A DNA stretch of 20,000 nt from Veleropilina oligotropha (taxonomy: Eukaryota), in the NCBI GenBank assembly GCA_048128005.1, contig JBEUKZ010000061.1, positions 116,252-136,251 on the forward strand, given 5' to 3'. The first letter of the stretch is position 1. Every line of letters starts with the position of its first letter. The notes under the pieces are model-generated. The model did no database searches. It was not told where the DNA came from and saw only the letters and a program-made list of their open reading frames with translations. Shown here piece by piece: positions 10,571 to 20,000 of the stretch. A program made the position numbers and the translations under genes.

Positions 10571-10946
10571 GGACTGCTCCGATAGTCGTCTGGTCTCGAG
10601 TGCAGACTTTAAATCAGTGACTCGATTGTGCTAAATATAAACAAGAGCTGATTCGAATCTCTGTTGGAACAATGACATTCTTTGTCCGTAAATGACCAGA
10701 AAGGGCGGGTGTTCCCCAGGCATCCTGGCTTTCCCCAGGCAGCCTGGTTTTCCCCAGGCAGCCTGGTTTTCCCCAGGCAGCCTGGCTTTCCCCAGGCAGC
10801 CTGGTTTTCCCCAGGCAGCCTGGTTTTCCCCAGGCAGCCTGGCTTTCCCCAGGCAGCCTGGCTTTCCCCAGGCAGCCTGGTTTTCCCCAGGCAGCCTGGC
10901 TTTCTTTCCTTGATAAAATGAACATTCCCTGCCTTGAACCTGATGG
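10571..10946 (+). mobile_element. V-SINE-like family copy with expanded core; its tail continues at 12073-12080 and 12993-13016
   Basis: A-box-like TAGTCGTCTGGT, B-box-like GATTCGAATC, AGGGCGGGT core and CCTGCCTTGAACC. Homologous to the other copies in the window. Confidence 0.7.
10712..10901. repeat. 19-bp palindromic minisatellite, 10 copies (TTCCCCAGGCAGCCTGGYT)
   Basis: Units start every 19 bp from 10712 to 10883. Each contains CCAGGC-A-GCCTGG (one mismatch in unit 1). Confidence 0.97.
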
Positions 10947-12072
10947 TTTTTGACTCGCATGCAACGCAAGTGCGAGTCTATGTAATGAGCATGTCGTCTG
11001 GCCATCCGACCGGCATCAACAATTGGTTCTCCTGTTAAAGTTTCTCAATGATGATATATGCATTACTATATGTTGGTTATCACTATTTCATTGTTATCTG
11101 ACCATAAATAAATAATATTGAAAATAATTGTGCCCCCACAAACGAAGTTTAGGGGAGGCATATAGGAGTCTGTCTGTTGCAAATACCCTTCCATTCCATA
11201 TCTACGATAATATTTCGGCTAGGGACACAAAACTAGATATGTGGAAGCTTCATAACCCAAAGGTGTCGCATACCGCAAGTAGGTCACTGACCTACTTTTC
11301 ACGCTTGATCGCACTTGGTCCAAAATTACCTTCGCTCCATATCTCCAATACTATTTGACCGAGGGACACGAAACTTGATGTGTGCATGCATCTTAACCCA
11401 AAGGTGTGGCGCGTACTAAAAGTAGGCCACCATGACCTACTTTTCACGCTTACCTGCGTTTGGTCGAAAATTCCTTTCCACTCCACATCGCCCATGCTAT
11501 TTGACCTAGGGACACGAAACTTGATGTGTGGATGCGTCATAACCCAAAGGTGTGTCACGTACCAAAAGTAGGTCACTGTTACCTACTTTCCACGCTTGAC
11601 TGCATTCGGTTCAAAATTCCGTTCTGCTCCATATCTCCCATGCCATTTGACCGAGGGACACGAAATTTGATGTGTGCATGCTTCATATGATCACTTCTGT
11701 GATAAGTCTAGTTTAATTCAAATATTAACCTAAAATGATGATTGTGGACTTAGGAATTTTCATTAAAGTTTCTCAAGCATGCTATATATGCAACAATAGG
11801 TATACTTTGGCATCTTCCTTTGTCAGATACACTATTTCATTGTGATCTAACCCTAGAGTAGAAATATTGAAAGCCATTTAATTGAAATTCTGCATATAAA
11901 TAGCCATTTTGGACTTAGAAAATTTTGCTTTTATGCAACTTTTTATATGCTTTGTGTATATTTCTAATTGATAATGTCATCTACTATTGAATGTAGACAC
12001 AATACTCATGAAATATAAGTGATTGATGCGCAGTTCCATGCATGCGAGTCATTTCGAGCTTTTGCTCTTGTT
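10947..12072 (+). mobile_element. Complete HINE-like element with a nested insertion
   Basis: 13-bp subTIR TGACTCGCATGCA (10951-10963) / TGCATGCGAGTCA (12039-12051). 5' stem GACTCGCA...TGCGAGTC; 3' hairpin GAGC-TTTT-GCTC (12056-12067) then TTGTT. Confidence 0.85.
11128..11686 (+). mobile_element. Nested 3'-truncated HINE-like element with about 3.5 copies of a ~146-bp repeat
   Basis: Head TGCCCCC...AAAC-GAA-GTTT...GGGGAGGCA, short GTCT repeat, AGGGACAC anchors at 11221, 11362, 11508 and 11654. Confidence 0.7.
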
Positions 12073-12080
12073 AATATACA

Positions 12081-12992
12081 TAGAGGATCTCATATGAGTG
12101 GTAATGTAATACATGTATCACATTTATGAAACGAGTTTAACTAATTTTCATATTTTCCGAGGCTTGCCGAGGAAAATATGAAAATTAGTTAAACGAGTTT
12201 CATAAATGTGATATTACATTACCACGAGTGTGAGGTTCTGTTTATCACATATCGCTCTTCGGTAGGAAACAAACTACAAACTCACGAAATTGCCTCACCG
12301 GTACGAAGAATCAGCCGCAGATTGAAGGCGACATTACGGCGTAGTGATATGTAAACAGTTTAATGCAAAAAGGACGTGTTTACTCATTACATAAATTAGT
12401 AACATTAATGCCGTCTAAAAAGAGTGCGAAAGTAGTTGATTAATTAAGTTAATTAATAAATATTCTTTGAAAATGAACCGATGTAACTTTATATAAACTA
12501 TATGAACATATTAGAATAACAATTTTCATTAGGATTTAAAACTATCTGCCAAAAACAGTAACGGTGGATAGGCTATGTGTCGCTGACCGGTTATAATCTG
12601 TCAATGACGTCTGCTATCGCAGAGAAGCTATGTATACATGTATACGTACCTCGGGTCCTGCATATATGTGATTGTCGCGTCCGCAATCTCGTTACCTCAA
12701 AATCAGTTCCAATAATCTCTAACATGTTGTTGTTTTTTGTCCGTTGCTATAAATGTTTCCACTATCGCTGCCATATTGTCAACATTACAAATATTGGCGG
12801 CAATCTCATTAAACAAAACGTAGTACAAACAAGAAGTCCGCTCGACCTTTAGTGACACGCATTTCTATTGGCTGTTCTAATTTCATTCATTAATTCATCC
12901 AATCGCATTTGGATATGGCAAAAACACACGTGTAATACGACGAATAATACACGGTGTTGCACTAGGGGAGAATGACCTAGATATGTGATAAA
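12081..12992 (+). mobile_element. 912-bp non-autonomous element with a ~160-nt 5' GA-mismatch hairpin (tentatively Crypton-like)
   Basis: Hairpin 12081-12240; inverted pair TTTATCACATAT (12241-12252) / ATATGTGATAAA (12981-12992). Second copy inverted at 17465-18344. Interrupts a SINE tail with no TSD. Confidence 0.85.
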
Positions 12993-13444
12993 AAATATTA
13001 ATCGATTCAATTATCCAAATTTCTCAAGTGGGAATGACGGGGGGAAAGTGGTTATGTTCTGGACTACGAATGGGTGACATATTTGGTCGTGGATGTTCTG
13101 GGGATTTTCTTTCATTGCTGTTGTCTCCATTTCAATTCACTTAATTATTGAAAGTTGATCTACCAGATTATTACTGACAAATTGTGGGCATCGTTGACCC
13201 GCTGACCCTTCAGTCAGTTACCCTTCATGTTTAAAAGCTACCACAATACTGTAAATTCTTGTCTTGCCAATGTAACTGTGGGTACAAATTTTCATCCATC
13301 GACTGCAATATCTAAACTGATTATAAGTGATACATGTAAAAAAATGCAATCATATGGATAATATATCCGTGAATGATTGTGATGACATAATAATATTACA
13401 AAAGTTATACAGCTCATAGAATGGGATTGGACCGATGTTTAATG

Positions 13445-13600
13445 GCCGGTATATTTACAACCTGAAAGGACGGGCAAAGCAAGGTCTCACAGGGGAAACC
13501 TGCCCTGTCCGGCCAACTGTGATTGCTAACTGAACAATGAATGCCATTGCCCCAGCTAGAATCGAACGCACTTTAGTTTATCGAAGCAGTGATTTCAGAG
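13445..13600 (-). mobile_element. Degraded V-SINE-like family copy
   Basis: Reverse complement reads GTTCGATTC...TTGTTCAGTTAGCAATCACAGTTGGCCGGACAGGGCAGGTTTCCCC...GGTTGTAAATATAC, collinear with the other copies. Confidence 0.55.
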
Positions 13601-14159
13601 TTGGCATTTGAGATCATAAAGTCCTAGAAGACAAAGAACCTCAATCTGGACTTGCGATGAGCATTCTTACCTAGATGCTGCAGCCATTTGACACATTGTC
13701 ACCCAGTTATTCACATCCAATGTGTGGCCAATGTGGTATCTCCAATACTTTTTCTGCAATATGTCTGCATGTAAGAGACTGTCCCTGTAGATGTCAGACT
13801 TGGTCTTTTTACTATCAACATCATTTCATGTCAAAATTTGATGGTGAAATCATGATGTGATTGAATTGGAATCTTTCATTATTAAACAATTACTTTTTTC
13901 GTAATCAACAGTATTGGATTTCTGAAATATTTGTACGTTGAATTTTCGTTTCATTAATGGGTATATCTTTAATCTGTTTGACCGGCTTTATTAGAACAAG
14001 ACTGACTAATCGAAATTAGGAGTTATTGCTTGTATTGGTCTTTTTGTGACATTTTCACTCAAACGGTTATGGTGAACAGTAACTGATATATTTATGTACC
14101 AAGAAAATGAAACTTAGCATAATATTCATAATTGTTTGTGTCGTTAACACAACTGACGC

Positions 14160-14356
14160 GAACAGTAGTGGGATCGACCCCCGGCTGAGGCAGCACACAT
14201 TTGTTCAAGTTATGAATCACAGTTGTCCGTGACTGGCCGAAGAGGGCGGGTTTACCCGGGCGACCGGGGTTTCCTCCCGCGATAACACGGACATGTCCTG
14301 CCTTGAACCTCGATGTTATAAATATACAGGACATTAAGCATATTCCTCCTCCTCCG
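14160..14356 (+). mobile_element. V-SINE-like family copy (5' part degraded)
   Basis: B-box-like GGATCGACCCC, V-domain-like GGGTTTACCCGGGCGACCGGGGTTTCCTCCC, tail CCTGCCTTGAACC...AAATATACAGGACATTAAGCA plus (CCT)n. Confidence 0.7.
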
Positions 14357-14754
14357 TTAACACAATTCCTTTGATATTTCGACGTGGCCTGTTCATAAAT
14401 GATGACAGTTCAGTAAAAGTTACATGTATGTGCAGGGTTGGATGATTCATATGACAAAATTTCATTATTTCTTCGAGTCTAGATGATTTTATTTAATTAT
14501 TAGTGTTGGCATTGACAATATTTGTGATAAGAGAACAGCTCTGATCAAATTCTGAGAGTAAATGACAAGAATTTGTATCCTTCATCTTCACTAAATAACC
14601 TGTTGTTTAGTGAATTTTGTTTGGAAACATGTTGATTCACATCATTCTAACACGCGTATGGATATCAAATGCATTCACCTAAGATTTAGTTTGAATCGAT
14701 GTCTCGAGCAACATCCTTCAGGCTCGTAATAAAGCGGCCCATACACGATGAATA

Positions 14755-16482
14755 TTATTAGGGCTCCAACAGCTTCAGCTGGAGCCCTATTGTTTTTGCT
14801 ATTTTGTTTATTATTCCTATTATTCCGCCTGAGTTTTGTACCAGTGATAACTTCCAAACCGCTTAAAGCAAAAACTCTAAAAATGGTAAACATGTAGCTA
14901 TGGTACTGAAGTTGAATCGCACTTAATTTCTGCTATGCGGCGCCACTGGCTTAGCGGCAATTAAGGTTTTTTCTTTAAAAAAGCACCTTTTTATACCATC
15001 TTCTTCGGCCAAACGGCTGAAGTGAGGTACGCGATGTTCCTAAATAATGATCTTCACTATGTGAAGAAAAAAGTTTGAAAGCGAAAATGTTATCGGAACA
15101 AAAGCAAGGCAGTTACGGCCATATGAATCTCTCAATAATTTTGAAAAAATCACACTTTTTTATTTCAGCGGTCACCATGCATTATCCGATTTAAGTTAAA
15201 TTTTCACTGAAACTATACTGTATTAAGATCATTTTAATTGGAAATTTTGGCATGCATATGATCAATATTTTTTATGTTTATAAGACATATTTTTATTCCT
15301 ACTACAGTCTTAGGAAGGCGATTACAGCATTTATGATGTTATCATCAATGAAGTTGTGGCATTTTATGATCTGGTCTTGCAGATGTCGTAAAGGCTGCCT
15401 GGTGTAGGCAGTTTATGATGCTGATTTATTGACTCTACACGCATGTAGGCCTACTCAGTCCCAGTGACCAGTTCTATATCATTTATGGTCTTGTTTCATT
15501 AAGAGCCAATTAAGGACAGCCACGGATCACAGAAGACACAGGCAACAACAGTCATAAAACCCTGCAGAAGGAAAAATATTCTGGAATCGCATCATTTCTA
15601 CTTTCACTTTACAGAAAGTGACTTGGACGCCATTACTGAAAATGTTTCAAGGGGCTATATCTTGTAAACGGTGCATCTTAGACATATAGTTACTATGGGG
15701 AGGTTATGGGAAGTCATGGGTAAACTTTCGAAAATGACCTTGACCTTTGACCTCAGTGACCTAATTAGCGAAAATTTGCCGAACTCGGAAAAACGCGAGG
15801 GGATGGAGTGCAATGGGTAGTGGGGACGTATTTGACAAGATGGCGGAAATCGGACGCCATTATGGAAATTGTTTCAAAGGGCTGTAACTTGTAAATGGTG
15901 CATCTTAGACATATAGTTACAATGGGGAGCCTATGGGAAGTCATGGGTAAGCTTTCGAAAATGACCATGACCTTTGACCTCAGATGACCCAGTTAGCTGT
16001 AATTGACCTAATTCCATGCTTTTGAAGATAGAAAGCTGAAATTTGGCTTATAGGTAGATGTGATGTTTATTAAGAGCCTGTAAACTTTTCAGCTAGGTGG
16101 CGCCACTGGTTATGCAGTAATTGACCTAATTCGATGATATGGCGGATAGAAAGGTGAAATTTGGTTTGTAGGTAGATATGGTGTTTATTAAGCGCCTGTA
16201 CATTTTTCAGCTAGGTGGCGCCACTGGTTCGGCAGTAATTGACCTAATTCCAAGATTTTTGGGGTAGAAAGCTGAAATTTGGTTTGCAGGTAGATATGGT
16301 GTTTATTAAGCGCCTGTAAACTTTTCAGCTAAGTGGCGCCACTGGTTCGGCAGTAATTCACCTAATTCGATGATATGGCGGGTAGAAAGCTGAAATTTGG
16401 TGTGTGGGTAGATGCTGTGTTTGCGAGTGCCTGTAAACTGGTCCCTGAATTGGAGCCCTAACAGCTGCTTGCAGCTTTAATT
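14755..16482 (+). mobile_element. Complete 1.7-kb HINE-like element
   Basis: 12-bp subTIR TTAGGGCTCCAA (14758-14769) / TTGGAGCCCTAA (16450-16461). 5' palindrome; TTATT-rich microsatellite; 3' hairpin AGCTGC-TT-GCAGCT (16463-16476) then TTAATT. Internal ~132-bp direct repeat at 15625 and 15852. Confidence 0.88.
15999..16438. repeat. 118-bp tandem array, about 3.7 copies
   Basis: GTAATT(G/C)ACCTAATT starts at 15999, 16117, 16235 and 16353. Confidence 0.95.
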
Positions 16483-16652
16483 GATAGTAATATTGCTTCA
16501 ATATTATTGAGGAAATTAATTTTTGCCACCAACGACACTAAATTATTGTGCATTTTCTTGAAAAATTATGGTCATGATTGCTGTGGATGTCGTCTGTGGA
16601 ATACGAATGTTTAGATCCCCAGGTCGCTATAGCATTGTCACTTGCTTTTGAT

Positions 16653-16926
16653 AGAGGAAAGGAAAGGATCAACGATTAATGTTCTGTATATTTCCAGCCA
16701 TCATTAGAGTCAAAACAGGACGTGTCCATATTATTGCCGGAGGAAAGCCAGGTCGCTCGGGGAAACCCGCCATCTCTGACCAGTTTAATACGAACAACCG
16801 TTACTCTTGAACATATTATGTCATGTCTCAACCGAGGTTCGAACCAACTACAGTTCATGGCAGCTAAATCAATCCAGTGATTTTTCGGAGTTCACAACCG
16901 AAACCACACGACTGTTGTAGCGGCCC
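16653..16926 (-). mobile_element. V-SINE-like family copy, near full length
   Basis: Minus strand: CAGTCGTGTGGT (A-box-like), GGTTCGAACC (B box), GGCGGGTTTCCCCGAGCGACCTGGCTTTCCTCC core, AAATATACAGAACATTAATCG tail and CCTTT repeats. Confidence 0.72.
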
Positions 16927-17046
16927 TACTTTTGATAGAGATAAACCCAAAAGTAGAAATAGGTTAAAATGGTTGCTTAAAAGGCACCACTTTGGACACT
17001 GACCTGTTGGAAGAGATGCGGCAAAATGATCCTTCCTATCATATCA

Positions 17047-17360
17047 GGGGGCCGTTTCATGTACATGACGTAGCCTAAGTCGGTTATTTTCACGAAGTTG
17101 GCCTTCCTTAAGCCGGCAAATATGGCCTTAGCCAGCTATCCTTAGCAGGCTATGACCCGAAGAACAATACACTGCTGACACGTGACCATTATGCAAATAA
17201 GGATGAAAGCATTGCTGTAATTGCGAGGAGTTTGGCTTCCCTAAGCCGGCTAAGATCATAGCTGATAACCCTTTTCACAGAGAAAAACGGTAGCCTGCTT
17301 ACGCTAGTCGACTATCGTTTGTCGACTAAGGATCATGGCGTGTTGAAAAATGGTGGACAT
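17047..17360. mobile_element. Possible degenerate MITE (PIF/Harbinger-like end)
   Basis: Starts GGGGGCCGTTTCA, higher GC than the flanks, repeated TAAGCCGGC-like motifs. The opposite TIR is barely recognisable. Confidence 0.3.
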
Positions 17361-17464
17361 CAACTGATTCGAATATCATTTTGCCAATTAAACATATTTT
17401 AGTTCTACATAGTCATACCACTACTTCAAATATAAGTATTTTTCATGAAAATATATTATTATCG

Positions 17465-18344
17465 TTTATCACAATCTTGGTCATTTTCCCATAGTGCAAC
17501 ACTGTGTATTATTCGTCATATTACATGCGTGCAACAGCCATATCTAAATGCGATTGGATGATTTAATGAATGAAATTAGAACAGCCAATAGAAATGCGTG
17601 TCACTAGAGGTCGAGCGCATTTTTTTTCTACCTATTTACTATAATGTCATAACATGATTGCCGCCAATATTTTTAATGTTGACATTATGGCGGCGATAGT
17701 GTAAACATTTATAACAAAGGCCATAAAACAGCAAAATGGTAGAGATTATTGTAACTGATTTCGAGGTAACGCGATTGCAGACGCAACAATCACATTTATG
17801 CAGGTACGTGGCTCCGAGATAGCAGACGTCAAATGACAGATTCAAACGTGTCGGCGACGCATATATCCCGCGTTACTGTTTTTGGCCGATAGCTTTAAAT
17901 CTTAATGAAAATTGTTATTCTAATACGTTCATATAGTTTATATAAAGTTACATCGGTTCATTTTCAAAGAATATTTGTTAGTTAACTTAATTAATGAAAA
18001 ACTTTCGCACTCTTTTTAGACGGCATTGTTAATAATTTATGTAATGAGTAAACACGGTGTCTTTTGCATTAAACTGTTTACATATCACTACGCTGTAATG
18101 TCGCCTTCAATCTACTGCTGATTCTTCGACCGGTAAGGCAATTTCGTGAGTTTGTAGTTTGTTTCCTACCAAAGAGCAATATGTGATAAATAGAACCTCA
18201 CACTCGTGGTAATGTAATATCACATTTATGAAACTCGTTTAACTAATTTTCATATTTTCGTCGGCAAGCCTCGGAAAATATGAAAATTAGTTAAACTCGT
18301 TTCATAAATGTGATATTACATTACCACTCATATGAGATCCCCTA
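17465..18344 (-). mobile_element. Second, inverted copy of the 12081-12992 hairpin element
   Basis: End-to-end reverse-complement similarity to 12081-12992; hairpin at about 18190-18344. Confidence 0.88.
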
Positions 18345-18736
18345 TATATCAGTACAGGGAAAAGAGTGAACATATACAATTAACGTAATTGTTGAATTAT
18401 TTTTATATTATATACTTTATAAATAAACGCACTCTCATTGGCCGGATCCTATACACGTGACTAGTCCATAAATATCATATTGACCAGTTTTTTGGTCAAT
18501 ATGAAAGAAACTGGAGAATTTGAACTTTTCAAATATGGTTTTCCGAACGCTCCTTTATATGTCGATTTCCATCGAATTGCACCTGCGACTCGAGCTGATG
18601 TCAATTGCAGACGACCACAATTGTTGACACATTTGAAACCACGGTTCGTTTTGCTTCATTTTCTGATGTTTAAAGGCCGGGTAGGACGCCAACGTGTTCA
18701 CGTCGTTGTCGACAGCATATATGCTTGACTGATTAA

Positions 18737-18910
18737 TAGAATCAAGCACCACATTGAGTTCCAGATAGAGAAATATCAGTCGAGGGTGGGATGGTGCAAC
18801 AAATCACAACCGAGGCGTTAGCCGAGGTTGGGATGTTGCACCATCACACCCGAGACTGATATTTCTCTATCTGGAACTCAAATGTGGGGCTTGATTATTT
18901 TTCTCGCACC
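18737..18910 (+). mobile_element. 5' end of a third GA-mismatch hairpin element family; 3' end not found in the window
   Basis: 157-nt hairpin 18740-18896 centred on CCGAGGC-GTTA-GCCGAGG. Begins TAGA and is followed by TTTCTCGCACC in the position where the other families have TTTATCACAT. Confidence 0.7.
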
Positions 18911-18938
18911 TCAAAAAGCTTGAAAAGGTTATTTTCAT

Positions 18939-19400
18939 GTGTTTACCTTGCGTATTCAAATAACCGAATCACTCACCCGTAGTTCTTCCGACGCAATCAA
19001 ATATAATCACGTACTTATGGAATAAATATTTATTCAATTCTTTAGTATTATTAAATAATAATAATTGTAAAATATTTACATTCATAACATATGGTAATAA
19101 AAACCTCGAACTATCACATTGACACTATATGCATGAGGTGATGTTACTTTTTACGGCTCGATATTTGTTTACCTTGCATTCCAGTACGAGTATTACAAAA
19201 GCCCAATCACTCACCAGCTGTTCTTCTGACGCAATCAAATATAGTTCCGTATTTATGGAATAAATATTTACTCAATTTCATTAGTAACTTTAAAATATTA
19301 ATAATTGAAAAAGTCGACAAAACGCTATATATTTAAAATCATAGCGTAGATTAAAAACGTTAGAACTATTGAACTGACAAGAAGTGACGTCACTTTTCAG
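18939..19400. repeat. Diverged tandem duplication, two units of ~230-240 bp
   Basis: TGTTTACCTTGC...AATCACTCACC...GACGCAATCAAATAT...TTATGGAATAAATATTTA occurs at about 18939 and 19166. Confidence 0.8.
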
Positions 19401-19600
19401 AGGCAATGTTGTCTGTTTATAATGTAGTTGCTGTCGATCTGGTGTGACTTATTTTCCAGCAATTCTGACAGAAGTGTTTGTGAAGCGTCGATCGATCTGT
19501 AATTATGTTCGTATTTGCTGCCATACGCTTCATGGTGCATTTAAATTTATTTACATCAAGCGGACAATTTGCAAACTAAGGACGTGTTTTGTATGGTGTA

Positions 19601-20000
19601 CGGTTAGGGCCATCGCGTCATAGCGTCATCGCTTACAGGTCGATGGAGCTATGGAGCGATGTTTCGGTTAGGGCCATCGCGTCATAGCGTCATCGACCTG
19701 TAGGTCGATGGAGCGATGTTACGATGGAGCGATGACACGATGGAGCGATGTTACGATGGCGATGACACGATGGAGCGATGACACGATGGAGCGATGTTAC
19801 GATGGCGATGACACGATGGAGCGATGACGCGATGGAGCGATGACACGATGGAGCGATGTTACGATGGAGCGATGACACGATGGAGCGATGTTACGATGGC
19901 GATGACACGATGGCAGACCCAATACGCGCATGCGCTAAACAATCAAGGCATGGAGCTATGTTACGATGAAAATTACCATCGCTCCATCGTGTCATCGCGT
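19601..20000. repeat. CGATG-based complex micro/minisatellite with orientation switches
   Basis: 8-mers CGATGGAG/CGATGACA/CGATGTTA and the 6-mer CGATGG at 19706-19913; 64-bp duplication at 19601/19665; reverse-complement units at 19977-20000. Confidence 0.9.

Noticed and set aside
10614..11005. Repetitive ORFs on both strands, and a CRISPR-like palindromic repeat
   Set aside because: The 19-bp units are contiguous with no unique spacers, there are no cas genes, and the context is eukaryotic. The ORFs arise because the unit has no stop codon.
12577..12852. ORF similar to the ORF at 17639-17845, suggesting a small gene family or recombinase
   Set aside because: The similarity reflects two copies of the same element. 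Starts and ends differ, there are indels, and no recombinase or transposase motifs are recognisable.
16830..16926. tRNA gene suggested by GGTTCGAACC
   Set aside because: No cloverleaf can be formed; it is the Pol III head of a SINE with a conserved downstream body.
19604..19673. TTAGGG telomeric motifs
   Set aside because: Only two isolated hexamers, produced by the 64-bp duplication.
19690..19878. 62-aa repetitive ORF
   Set aside because: Translation of the CGATG microsatellite.

Overview
AT-rich animal genomic DNA, probably a mollusc or other marine invertebrate (inferred from repeat types, not proven). The only real gene is the 3' part of GSTCD: five + strand GT-AG exons (4619-9861) splice into a 190-aa C-terminal methyltransferase-like domain. 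Most of the rest is non-autonomous mobile DNA: at least six Helentron-associated (HINE/DINE/pearl-like) elements carrying 118-180 bp tandem arrays, several of them nested; five copies of a tRNA-headed V-SINE-like family; one other SINE; and small satellites. The most striking signal is four elements from three unrelated sequence families. Each starts with a 90-160 nt hairpin whose stem is repeatedly interrupted by CGAG/CGAG tandem G.A mismatches, so only one strand should fold stably. Three have a 9-13 bp terminal repeat, and in one family end-joining would extend the hairpin seamlessly. One copy sits inside a SINE, and the reconstructed empty site shows no target-site duplication. This suggests mobilisation through a folded single-stranded or circular intermediate (Crypton-like or HUH-like; inference). 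All supplied ORFs other than those overlapping GSTCD exons look spurious.
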